Source of the DNA: a candidate division FCPU426 bacterium
GTDB taxonomy: Bacteria; Oederibacteriota; Muellerivitia; Muellerivitales; Muellerivitaceae
NCBI GenBank assembly: GCA_963796105.1
Contig: CAWCKJ010000003.1
Coordinates: 608,001 to 672,000 of the forward strand
Reading direction: 5' to 3'
DNA length: 64,000 nucleotides
Both the position numbers and the translations under genes were made by a program. Positions 1 to 8,913 of the stretch are shown piece after piece. Numbering within the stretch: the stretch's first letter is position 1; every line of letters starts with the position of its first letter. The notes under the pieces were generated by a model, which was not told the DNA's origin, made no database searches, and saw only the letters and a program-made list of their open reading frames with translations.

Positions 1-310
1 TCCCCGCCAAATCCGGCAGTTTCTTGAGAATCATCTCCTTGTGCCTTTGCGTCATGGTCAGGATCATGTCGCTTTCCACGGCCTCCGCCTTTCCCAAAGG
101 CCTGCTTTGGTGCCCCGAGAGGTCGATCCCCTTTTCGAGGGCCGCCTCCATGGCCTCAGCCGTGGCAGGCACCCCGGCGAAAGCGGCCAGCCCGGCTGAC
201 CTCACATTGAGGGAAAGCCCCTTCTCAACCGCCCATTTTTTAAGCAAACCCTCAGCCATGGGACTGCGGCAGGTGTTTCCGGTGCAAATGAAGAGGATAT
301 TTTTGAACAA
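1..310 (-). CDS. Low-molecular-weight protein phosphatase, YwlE-like (arginine/tyrosine phosphatase); runs off the window edge
   Basis: Not in the ORF track. The minus strand from TTG at 310 reads LFKNILFICTGNTCRSPMAEGLL...VRSAGL, the LMW-PTP P-loop C(X)5R. Confidence 0.9.
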   Translation of the reverse strand, partial: MFKNILFICTGNTCRSPMAEGLLKKWAVEKGLSLNVRSAGLAAFAGVPATAEAMEAALEKGIDLSGHQSRPLGKAEAVESDMILTMTQRHKEMILKKLPDLAG

Positions 311-337
311 AGCGTTTCTCCAGGGGAAAGCGGGGCG

Positions 338-1063
338 TTATCCCTGGATCAGCTGTTCCAGGTAATGTTCGATTCTCGCGACTTCCTCAAGGGAAACACA
401 GCCGGTTCGGACAATATGGTAATCACTGCGCTCAATTCGGGCGACGGCGGTCTCTCCGCCCAGGGGGCAGACCCCAGCGTCGATGGCCGCGTCCACCACG
501 TCGAGGATTCCGGGGTCGATCTCGTCAAAACGAACGGGGCTCCTGGCCCCCGAGAAATTGGCGCTGGAAACAACCAATGTGTCCCCGACATTGCGGAGCA
601 ATTCCAAGGCGATGCCATGGTCGGGACAGCGAAGGGCGACGGTTCCATCCGGTCCTATCGCGCCTGGAGCCAGGGAAGCCACCTTGGCTTTCTTGATCAG
701 GGTCCAGGGGCCGGGCCAGATTTTCTTGAGGACATCCAGATCCCTATCCCTGAAATCGGCGATCTCAAGGGCCACTTCCGGCCGTGAAATCAGGATGGAG
801 AGGGACTGGTTCATGGGGCGGTCTTTCAACTTGAATATGCGCTTGAGGGCGTCAGGCTTCCGCACGGAACAGCCGATATCATAGACGGTGTCCGTAGGGA
901 AAACGGCTATCCCGCCGCTTTTAAGCACCCTCGCCACTTCCAATAGGTTTGGCTGGGTGAAGGGCAAGGATTTTATGTCGGTTTCTTTACCGTTCATTTT
1001 CTTTCTCATTTCGTAAACATCCCCGTTTAAATACATCAATATCCAGTCACATGATTTTCTCAA
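338..1063 (-). CDS. tsaC: L-threonylcarbamoyladenylate synthase (TsaC/Sua5/YwlC family); true start probably downstream of 1063
   Basis: Motifs GGIAVFPTDTVY, IFKLKDRP, WPGPWT, VALRCPDH, SSANFSG. Confidence 0.9.
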   Translation of the reverse strand: MRKSCDWILMYLNGDVYEMRKKMNGKETDIKSLPFTQPNLLEVARVLKSGGIAVFPTDTVYDIGCSVRKPDALKRIFKLKDRPMNQSLSILISRPEVALEIADFRDRDLDVLKKIWPGPWTLIKKAKVASLAPGAIGPDGTVALRCPDHGIALELLRNVGDTLVVSSANFSGARSPVRFDEIDPGILDVVDAAIDAGVCPLGGETAVARIERSDYHIVRTGCVSLEEVARIEHYLEQLIQG

Positions 1064-1214
1064 AGAAACACGAATATTTCAGCAGGAAACCGTACTTTTT
1101 TTCGAGTTTTCTCTGAGTCCGTTCGTTGCCACAATCTAAAAAGACTCGGTTGACTATTCAAGCTTTGGACGGTCCATCAGGCATCAAAAGTTGCGTCTTT
1201 GGCGGGTTGGAACT

Positions 1215-1339
1215 GAAACCTCTGAAAAACTTATATAAAGCTTCAAACAGAGGTTTCGACCCCAAAAATTTCCGCAGGAAATTGTGGGGTTACCATTAAT
1301 GGTTGCTGAAAAGTCGGCGAATTGCCGACTTTTCAGAGC
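1215..1339. repeat. Three-hairpin intergenic element, copy 1 (MITE/REP-like)
   Basis: Stems GAAACCTCTG/CAGAGGTTTC, ACCCCA..ATTTCC/GGAAAT..TGGGGT and CTGAAAAGTCGGC/GCCGACTTTTCAG. Colinear with the reverse complement of 14325-14451. Confidence 0.7.
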
Positions 1340-1346
1340 ATAAAAA

Positions 1347-2648
1347 CTATTTTTTTCCAAATTTATATTTATAAACCTTGTTTTTCAAGGCGCGCCAGCC
1401 GATGTCCTTGCGGTAATGGGCGCCTTCGAATTTGATCAACTCGACCGCCTGGTAAGCGGTAAACAGGGCCTCACGGATGTCATTTCCAACACCTGTGACG
1501 CAAAGAACCCTTCCACCCGTCGTGACAACCTGGCCGTCCCTAACGCCAGTCCCGGCGTGGAAGATAACGCTGTTGGGTATTCGAGAAGCTTCCTGGAGTC
1601 CCGTGATGGATTTGCCCTTGGGATAACTCCCTGGATATCCCTGGGAAGCCATCACTACGCTGGCCGAGGCGCCCTCATCCCACTCGATTTTGGATTCCGA
1701 TAGCTTCCCTTTCGCCACCGCCATGCAGATATCCACGAAATCGGACTTAAGCCTGGGTAAAACCACCTGGGTCTCGGGATCTCCGAACCGGCAGTTATAT
1801 TCAATGACCTTGGGGCCGTTCTCGTCGATCATCAGACCCGCGTAAAGCACGCCCCGGTAAAGGATGCCCATGCGCTTCAGGGCCTCCACGGTGGGCTTGA
1901 GGATCTTATCCATGACTTCTACGTTGATTTCATCTGTCACGACCGGAGCGGGAGAATAGGCCCCCATGCCGCCGGTATTGGGGCCCTTGTCCCCGTCATT
2001 CACCCTTTTATGATCCTGGGCGCTGACCATGGGAACGATGGTATCCCCATCCACGAATGCCAGGATGGAGGCCTCCTCGCCATCCAGGAATTCCTCAATG
2101 ACGACCTTGTCCCCCGCTTCCCCGAAAACCTTCTTTTTCATGGCTTCTTCCAAGGCCGCTTCCGCCTGGGCGCGGGTCTCGCAAACAGTCACTCCCTTGC
2201 CGGCGGCCAACCCGTCGGCCTTGATGACGACAGGAATCTTTTGGAACTTCAAATAAAACATGGCCTTGTCGTAACTGGTGAAGGTCTCGGCCTTGGCGGT
2301 GGGGATGTTGTTATCAAACAGGAGTTTCTTGGTGAAGGCCTTGCTGGATTCCACTTGGGCCCCCGCCTTGGAAGGCCCGAACACGAGGAAACCTTCCTTC
2401 ACAAGATCATCCGCCAAACCCATGGAGAGGGGTACTTCCGGCCCTACCACCACCAGATCAGGCTTGTGGTCTTTTGCCCACTTTAATAAGCCGGAAATAT
2501 CCTCAGCCTTGATATCCAAGCATTCCGATGTTTGGGAGATGCCAGCGTTTCCCGGCACGCAATAGATCTTGGGTTTATGGGAAGATTTTGCCAGCGCCCA
2601 GCAAATGGCGTGCTCCCGGCCTCCTGAACCCACTACCAAAATGTTCAT
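1347..2648 (-). CDS. purD: Phosphoribosylamine--glycine ligase
   Basis: GSGGREHA, KADGLAAGKGV, GPNTGGMGAY, RFGDPETQ. Confidence 0.98.
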   Translation of the reverse strand: MNILVVGSGGREHAICWALAKSSHKPKIYCVPGNAGISQTSECLDIKAEDISGLLKWAKDHKPDLVVVGPEVPLSMGLADDLVKEGFLVFGPSKAGAQVESSKAFTKKLLFDNNIPTAKAETFTSYDKAMFYLKFQKIPVVIKADGLAAGKGVTVCETRAQAEAALEEAMKKKVFGEAGDKVVIEEFLDGEEASILAFVDGDTIVPMVSAQDHKRVNDGDKGPNTGGMGAYSPAPVVTDEINVEVMDKILKPTVEALKRMGILYRGVLYAGLMIDENGPKVIEYNCRFGDPETQVVLPRLKSDFVDICMAVAKGKLSESKIEWDEGASASVVMASQGYPGSYPKGKSITGLQEASRIPNSVIFHAGTGVRDGQVVTTGGRVLCVTGVGNDIREALFTAYQAVELIKFEGAHYRKDIGWRALKNKVYKYKFGKK

Positions 2649-2657
2649 TTCAATTCC

Positions 2658-4232
2658 TCAGTGTTTGAAATGCCTGTAATTCGTGAAGATCATCGGGATG
2701 CCGTGCTGGTTGGCGGCCTCGATGACTTCCTTGTCCCTCACGCTCCCACCGGTCTGGATGATGGCCGCGATTCCGGCTTTGGCGCAGGCGTCCACGCTGT
2801 CCCGGAAGGGCAAAAGCGCGTCGGAGGCCATCACGCATCCCTTGGCCTTTTCCCCCGCCTGGGCAATGGCGATCTCAAGGGATCCCACACGGTTCATCTG
2901 GCCCGCTCCCACGCCGATGGAAACCCCGTCCTTGACCAGCACGATGGCGTTGGATTTAACGTGCTTCACGAGCTTCCAGCCGAATTCCATGTCTTTGGCC
3001 AAGTTGGCGGCGGGCTGTTTGTCCGTCACCACTTTATACTGGAACTTATCCTCCACGACCTGGTCGAACTCCTGGACCAGGAATCCACCCTGGACCCTCC
3101 TCACATGATAACCCTGGACCATGTCCTTCATGGTCCCCAATCCCTCCACCGTCATGACGCGCAAATTCTTGCGGGCCTCGAATAGCTTGACGGCCCCCGC
3201 GTCATAGGAAGGCGCGATCATGATCTCGAAGAAACTCAACTTTTCCAGGATGGCCTTGGCGGCTTTCTCATTGACTGGTCGGTTGACAGCCACAATGCCG
3301 CCAAAAGCTGAAACAGAGTCCGCCTCATAAGCCTTCACGAAGGCCTCGATGACATCCCCCGCCACGGCCGTTCCACAGGGATTGGTGTGCTTGATGATGG
3401 CGGCCGCCGGTTCGTCGAATTCCTTGACCAGCATGAGCGCCGAGTCCGCGTCCATGATGTTGTTGTAGGAAAGCTCCTTCCCCTGCAACTGCTTCCCGTT
3501 CACGATCGTGGGAAGGTTGTTCTTGCGGTCGAGGTAAACCGCGGCCGGCTGGTGGGGATTTTCCCCGTAGCGCATTTCCTGGAGCTTTACCCCGGACATC
3601 GTGAAAATATCGGGCCATTTCTTTTCCGAAAGATGCCGGTGCAGGTACTCGTGGATCATCCCGTCGTACCGGGCGGTGGTGCCAAAGGCCTCGATGGCCA
3701 ATTCCTGCCGCAGTTTGAAGGTGGTGGCCCCGTCGTTTTCCTTCATTTCCTTGATGATGTCCGCGTAGCGGGCCGGGGAAACCACTACCGTCACGCTTCG
3801 GTAGTTCTTGGAAGCTGACCGGATCATGGAAGGCCCGCCGATGTCGATATTCTCGATGGCCACGTGCAGTTCCACGTTGGGCTTGGAAATGGTGGCCTCA
3901 AAGGGGTAGAGATTCACGCAAACCAGGTCGATCGGCTTGATGTTGTGCTTGGCGATCGTGTCCATGTGTTCCTTGTTGTCGCGAAGGGAAAGCAGTCCCC
4001 CGTGCACCACGGGATGCAGGGTCTTCACCCGGCCGTCGAGCATCTCCGGGAAACCCGTCACCTCAGAGATGTCCTTCACGGGTATTCCCGCGTCCTTGAT
4101 GGCCTTGGAGGTCCCGCCGGTGGAGATCAGCTCTACCCCCTGGGACACCAAAACCTTAGCAAACTCGATCAACCCCGTCTTGTCCGACACACTCAATAAC
4201 GCCCTTTTGATTTTCACCAAGTCCTCTGCCAT
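2658..4232 (-). CDS. purH: Bifunctional AICAR transformylase / IMP cyclohydrolase
   Basis: ALLSVSDKTG, GRVKTLHP, IENIDIGGP, RYGENPHQ, KHVKSNAIV; ends RHFKH. Confidence 0.98.
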   Translation of the reverse strand: MAEDLVKIKRALLSVSDKTGLIEFAKVLVSQGVELISTGGTSKAIKDAGIPVKDISEVTGFPEMLDGRVKTLHPVVHGGLLSLRDNKEHMDTIAKHNIKPIDLVCVNLYPFEATISKPNVELHVAIENIDIGGPSMIRSASKNYRSVTVVVSPARYADIIKEMKENDGATTFKLRQELAIEAFGTTARYDGMIHEYLHRHLSEKKWPDIFTMSGVKLQEMRYGENPHQPAAVYLDRKNNLPTIVNGKQLQGKELSYNNIMDADSALMLVKEFDEPAAAIIKHTNPCGTAVAGDVIEAFVKAYEADSVSAFGGIVAVNRPVNEKAAKAILEKLSFFEIMIAPSYDAGAVKLFEARKNLRVMTVEGLGTMKDMVQGYHVRRVQGGFLVQEFDQVVEDKFQYKVVTDKQPAANLAKDMEFGWKLVKHVKSNAIVLVKDGVSIGVGAGQMNRVGSLEIAIAQAGEKAKGCVMASDALLPFRDSVDACAKAGIAAIIQTGGSVRDKEVIEAANQHGIPMIFTNYRHFKH

Positions 4233-4253
4233 ATATCCTCCATTTGATTAAGG

Positions 4254-4403
4254 TGTCATCGCGAGAAGCCGCTCCAATCGGGGCGTTAGCGACGTGGCGA
4301 CCTCAGTTAGTCGTTCGATTCAGCTTTGTTATAAGCTTTAATTAAACTGTGGTTGCTTCCTCGTCATCGTCCGCCTATTCGGCGGACACTCGTCGCAATG
4401 ACA
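4254..4403. repeat. Palindromic REP-like element with TGTCAT(C/T)GCGA / TCGCAATGACA ends
   Basis: 11-bp inverted ends with one mismatch and an internal hairpin GTCCGCC-TATTC-GGCGGAC; related half copy at 5086-5137. Confidence 0.7.
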
Positions 4404-4446
4404 GAAATTTTATTATTCAACTAGGCGTTGTTTATCTTTTGATAAT

Positions 4447-5070
4447 TTAAAACAAAACTTTCACTCTGCCCTCATCCACCTTGATTTTTCCATCACAAAA
4501 CAACTTCACAGCCTCGGGATAAATCTGGTGCTCCACTTGTAATACCCTTTTGGCCAGGGATTCGGGCGTGTCATTCGGCAGGACCTTCACGCTTCCCTGA
4601 AGGATAATGGGCCCCGCGTCCACTCCCTCCGTCACGAAATGCACCGTTACCCCAGACTCCTTCTCCTTGGCCGCTATGACCGCCTCATGAACATGGTGGC
4701 CGTACATGCCTGGACCCCCGAACTTTGGCAAGAGAGCCGGATGAATGTTCATTATTCGGTTCGGGAAGGCTTTCACCATGACGCTTGTCAGTATCCGCAT
4801 ATAACCCGCGAGGCAGACAAGGTCGATCTTCTTGGCCTGGCAGATTCTCATGATTTCCCTGTCATAATCCTCCCTCGTCCCCTGGAAACCCTTACTGGGG
4901 ATGCAAACAGCCTCGATTTGGTGGTTTTCAGCCCTTTCCAGGGCCTTGGCTTCGGGAACGTTGGAGAAGACCAGGCTGATCCGCCCGGAGATGTTTCCCG
5001 ACTCCTGGGAATCGATCAAAGCCTGGAGGTTGGAGCCGCCCCCTGAAGCCAATACTGCGATTCGAATCAA
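4447..5070 (-). CDS. purN: Phosphoribosylglycinamide formyltransferase
   Basis: IAVLASGGGSNLQA, LAGYMRIL, NIHPALLP, GVTVHFV..GVDAGPII. Start placed at TTG 5070 after a G-rich SD. Confidence 0.97.
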   Translation of the reverse strand: MIRIAVLASGGGSNLQALIDSQESGNISGRISLVFSNVPEAKALERAENHQIEAVCIPSKGFQGTREDYDREIMRICQAKKIDLVCLAGYMRILTSVMVKAFPNRIMNIHPALLPKFGGPGMYGHHVHEAVIAAKEKESGVTVHFVTEGVDAGPIILQGSVKVLPNDTPESLAKRVLQVEHQIYPEAVKLFCDGKIKVDEGRVKVLF

Positions 5071-5085
5071 TTGACCCCCCAGATT

Positions 5086-5137
5086 TGTCATTGCGAGCCT
5101 CCGCACCGATAGGCGCGTTTAGAGGCGTGGCAATTCC
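5086..5137. repeat. Half copy of the GTCATTGCGAG...CGTGGCAAT element
   Basis: TGTCATTGCGAGCCTCC...GGCGCGTTTAGAGGCGTGGCAATT resembles the left half of 4254-4403. Confidence 0.6.
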
Positions 5138-5147
5138 ATTTAAGATT

Positions 5148-7157
5148 TCACTTTCTTATGAGTGTTGCGGCTTCAATACTCTTCAAATTGGCCAGAGTTT
5201 CCTTATTTTCGGGATCCAAGTCCAAGACTCTCTTGTAAAGCCCGACGGCGTCCTGGGCGCGGCCCGACATTACCAGGCAATTCGCGTCATCCACCAGGGC
5301 CGGAACGCAAGTAGGATAATCCAATACCAATTTTTGATATATAGCCAAAGCTTCCGAATATTTTTTCTGATCCGCCAGTTTTCTGGCCGATTGATATTCA
5401 GGAAGCTTGAAGATTAAAACAGGATCAAGGCTGACGGCCCTTTTCATTTCCGCCGAGGCGTCCTCCTGACGGTTCAATTTTTCGAGGACCTGAGCCTTTT
5501 TGAAATGAAGCAGGACATAATCCGGGGAATACTTACCCACGGCCTGGTAATCCGCTAAAGCCAGCTCCAAATCGCCCGGCTGTCCCCAATCCGCGTAGGC
5601 TGAGCCCCTGAAATAAAGAGCGGTCAGGTTTTGCGGTTCAAGCGTGAGAACCTGGTTGTAGGACCAAATAGCGTCCTCCCATTTCCCGGCTTCCGAAAGA
5701 TTTTCCGCGGTTTTCAGCTCCACATCCGCGGCCTGGCACTGGAAAGACCTTGATAATTGCATCAGGGAAAGAAGCGCGATAATGGCCGCGAAAGGCAAAA
5801 CAAAGACTTTCCATTTCCCGATGTCGAATAACCGGCAGCGGATCGGAAAGCCTTCCAGGTGGTAAAACCTCTGGGACAATCCCACCGGCATGGCGGCGAA
5901 GAATAGCAATGGAACCAGGGTGGAAGGAAGAAAGCAATTCAGGTCGAACAAGTTGTCAACGCCCACCCCCGTGAATAGCGCGAAGGCCCCTGCTCCCAGG
6001 GCCCTGGGAATGGCCCTGGCCGAGTAAAGCCTCCACCATTGGGAAAGAACGAACCATATGAACAGCAGGAGCAGAACCAGGCCCACCACGCCTGTCTCAG
6101 CCGTCCATTCCAGAACCCAGTTATGCGCGTGGTTGACCTCGTAGCTTCTTTCTGTCTGCCACATCATGAGCGAAAGGGGACGGTAAGTGGGAAAAGCCGC
6201 GCTGAAAGCCCCGAATCCAACCCCCGTGATCGGATGATCCTTGATCATTTCCAATGTCCCCTTCCAAACTTCCTTCCGAAACTTGAGGGATTGGACTTGG
6301 GGGTTGTTAAATTCAACAGCCAGGCGGTGAGCAGATACCGCCAAGAGGCCGACAAGGCACAAGGCCCCGAGTATTAAATATTTTGTGTTTTTCCTTAATT
6401 TCTCCTGATCCATTCCTTTGAACAAAAATAGGAAAAGGAACACAAGAAGTCCGGCGTAAAAGCCAACCATTCCCGCTTTGCTCCCCGTCCAAATCAAGGC
6501 CAGGAAACTAACAAGGGCCAGGGAGAGCCAAAGGATCTTGGTACTGGGTTGGGCGGCCTTAAAATACAAAGCCAGGGAGATGGGCCAAACCATCAACAGA
6601 TAACCAGCCAGGAAGTCCGGATTTCCCATCCCGGCAATCACCCTTCCCTGGAATTGGTCCTGGACCACTTTCACCCAGGCTCCTCCGCCTGCGCCAAACG
6701 CTTGCGAAAGGGCCCAAAGGGCCGTCACCAGGGCGCTCACCAGAAAAACGATGAGGATGTTCTCGGCCTTCCAAAGCTCAAAACAAACCAGCGTCGCCAC
6801 GAGATACCAGACAGTAAAGCAAGCCCCGTCCATCAGGGAAATCCAACCCAGCTTGGAATAGGGGGAGAGATAAACGGAAAGGGCCAACCAGGCCGCCACG
6901 GCCAGAAGGGGCAAAAGAGCGTTGGACCAGACCAAAACCGTCCGGCCGGTCAAGGATACTTTCAAGACCCAGGCCGTCAAGATGAGGGCCACCATTACTT
7001 GCGTGAGGGCCAGCTTGGGGTGGATGGGGTCGGCGCCCTCGATTTGGGTGAGAAAAGGAAGAATGGCGATGAAAAGAACCGAGAGGAAGATGGGCGCCCG
7101 GTCCAGGGCCAGGGCCCATCCGTTCACCCGCGTCACTGGTTGTTGGTTTTGTTCCAT
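5148..7157 (-). CDS. O-antigen ligase (Wzy_C)-family membrane protein with C-terminal TPR repeats
   Basis: Many TM segments; GNPDFLAGYL, TGSKAG, HPITGVGFG, HAHNWVL..AETGVVG; TPR-like helices in the last ~190 aa. Confidence 0.85.
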   Translation of the reverse strand: MEQNQQPVTRVNGWALALDRAPIFLSVLFIAILPFLTQIEGADPIHPKLALTQVMVALILTAWVLKVSLTGRTVLVWSNALLPLLAVAAWLALSVYLSPYSKLGWISLMDGACFTVWYLVATLVCFELWKAENILIVFLVSALVTALWALSQAFGAGGGAWVKVVQDQFQGRVIAGMGNPDFLAGYLLMVWPISLALYFKAAQPSTKILWLSLALVSFLALIWTGSKAGMVGFYAGLLVFLFLFLFKGMDQEKLRKNTKYLILGALCLVGLLAVSAHRLAVEFNNPQVQSLKFRKEVWKGTLEMIKDHPITGVGFGAFSAAFPTYRPLSLMMWQTERSYEVNHAHNWVLEWTAETGVVGLVLLLLFIWFVLSQWWRLYSARAIPRALGAGAFALFTGVGVDNLFDLNCFLPSTLVPLLFFAAMPVGLSQRFYHLEGFPIRCRLFDIGKWKVFVLPFAAIIALLSLMQLSRSFQCQAADVELKTAENLSEAGKWEDAIWSYNQVLTLEPQNLTALYFRGSAYADWGQPGDLELALADYQAVGKYSPDYVLLHFKKAQVLEKLNRQEDASAEMKRAVSLDPVLIFKLPEYQSARKLADQKKYSEALAIYQKLVLDYPTCVPALVDDANCLVMSGRAQDAVGLYKRVLDLDPENKETLANLKSIEAATLIRK

Positions 7158-7340
7158 GGTTTCTCCGAGGGGAACATTTTAACCGCAATTCGGAAAAACG
7201 GAGACAAAACACGGCATTTCACCACAGGGGCACGGAGACACAGCTAAGCACAAATATTTTTTTATTGATTTTTTCAGAGGAACGTTAAATCACAGAGATA
7301 ATAAAAAATCGGATATGTCAAAGTTTATTTTTTAGGCCGT

Positions 7341-8372
7341 TTAAACGAACTCGACGCCTTTTTTACCCTTGATGACTTCCCCGACCAGGCGGGGATAAGC
7401 GCCATTCTTGCGGAGCTTTTTCATGGCCTTTTCGGCCTTTTTGGCGCTGACGATCAAGACCATCCCTAAACCCATGTTGAAGGTCCGGTAGGCGTCCTCT
7501 TTGGGCACATTCCCCTTCTTGATCAGCCATTCCATGATCGGCAGAACTTTCCAGGACCCTTCCTTGAAGCGGATCCGGCAGCCCTCCGGCAAAACTCTCG
7601 GCGGATTGTCGATCAGGCCGCCGCCGGTGATATGGGCCATGGCCTTGATATTCACCTCAGAAAGGGCTGGGTAGATTTCCCGGAAATAGGATTTGTGGGG
7701 TATCAACAGAAGGTCGCCAATGACACCCTTGAGTTCCGGCACCCGGTCGGTAAATTTCAGGCCGGCTATTTCGGTCACGATTTTCCGGGCCAGGGAGTAG
7801 CCGTTCGTGTGCAGAGACACCGAAGGAAGCCCGATGCAAACGTCGCCGGGCTTCACCTCTTCGCCCCGGATGATATTCTTTTTATCGACAACCCCCACGA
7901 TGGTTCCGGCGATGTCGTAGTCCCCTTCCTTATACACCGAGGGCATCTCAGCCGTTTCCCCGCCAATCAGGGCCATTCCCGCCTTTTGACACTCTTCCGC
8001 CATACCGGACACAATTTCTGCCACCACCGAGGGGTTTAATTTTCCCGCCGCGATGTAATCCAGGAAAAACAGGGGCTTGGCGCCTTGCACTAAAATGTCG
8101 TTGATGGAATGGCCCACCATATCACGGCCCAGGTTCCGGTATTTTCCCATGGATACGCCGATCAGCGTCTTGGTGCCGACCCCATCCGTGGAAGCCACCA
8201 ATACGGGCTTCTTGTATTCTTTGGATTTGAACTCATAAAGCCCGCCGAACAGGCCGATATCGGAAAGAACCGAGGCGTTGAAGGTTCTCTTAACGAGGCC
8301 CTTGATCCGCCGGACGGTTTCGTTACCCTTCTCGATATTGACCCCCGCGTCTTTGTAACTGACTTGTCCCAA
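7341..8372 (-). CDS. purM: Phosphoribosylformylglycinamidine cyclo-ligase (AIR synthetase)
   Basis: YKDAGVNI, STDGVGTK, PLFFLDY, GGETAEMP, AHITGGG, TFNMGLG. Confidence 0.98.
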   Translation of the reverse strand: MGQVSYKDAGVNIEKGNETVRRIKGLVKRTFNASVLSDIGLFGGLYEFKSKEYKKPVLVASTDGVGTKTLIGVSMGKYRNLGRDMVGHSINDILVQGAKPLFFLDYIAAGKLNPSVVAEIVSGMAEECQKAGMALIGGETAEMPSVYKEGDYDIAGTIVGVVDKKNIIRGEEVKPGDVCIGLPSVSLHTNGYSLARKIVTEIAGLKFTDRVPELKGVIGDLLLIPHKSYFREIYPALSEVNIKAMAHITGGGLIDNPPRVLPEGCRIRFKEGSWKVLPIMEWLIKKGNVPKEDAYRTFNMGLGMVLIVSAKKAEKAMKKLRKNGAYPRLVGEVIKGKKGVEFV

Positions 8373-8447
8373 TTGATTTCTCCGATTTCAGGTTGAGGAA
8401 GTGGTTATTTTGACCTGCCCCCGATGAATTTTCCATCTATTTGGTGA

Positions 8448-8684
8448 TTATACCGTCCGGTCAAACCCTGTTAAATTCTCAGGCGGTTCGGGTGAGGGCT
8501 CTTGGATTTTAGGTTTATTTCCACCGCCGTTCGAATATTCGTCCAGTTCCCTGCGTTCATGGTTCAAGAGATTGAATAAATAGCGGGAGTATTGGGTAAA
8601 ACGCCTGCGGCGCGCCCCGACGATGCTTGCGGGCGCGGAGGAAGTAACAGGATCCACCGGGGGAAACGGATCATCATCCTGCAT
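8448..8684 (-). CDS. Small hypothetical protein (78 aa), similar to 12633-12872
   Basis: GAGG SD before ATG; shares DPxPPxDPV start, Arg-rich middle and GFDxx(V/A) end with 12633-12872. Confidence 0.6.
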   Translation of the reverse strand: MQDDDPFPPVDPVTSSAPASIVGARRRRFTQYSRYLFNLLNHERRELDEYSNGGGNKPKIQEPSPEPPENLTGFDRTV

Positions 8685-8913
8685 CGAATGACCTCGAATT
8701 GAAATTCAGCGGCTTGGTCAGTTACATCTACAAAGTAAACCCTTTCTGCCCTAAAATCAAACCCTTGCCAAAGAAATCCTTTTTCCACAGGGACACAGAG
8801 GCACAGTAATACAATAAAAAACAAAAAGTTTTACTTTTCTATATTCTAGGGATTCAATAGTCAAAATTTAGTTTATTGACCTTAATTTTCTTTGGAGATT
8901 GAATTTTTAATCC

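Noticed and set aside
4233..4446. ZTP or purine riboswitch upstream of purH
   Set aside because: The conserved GACTGGCG/CGCCTGGG or purine aptamer cores were not found; the region is explained by a palindromic element.
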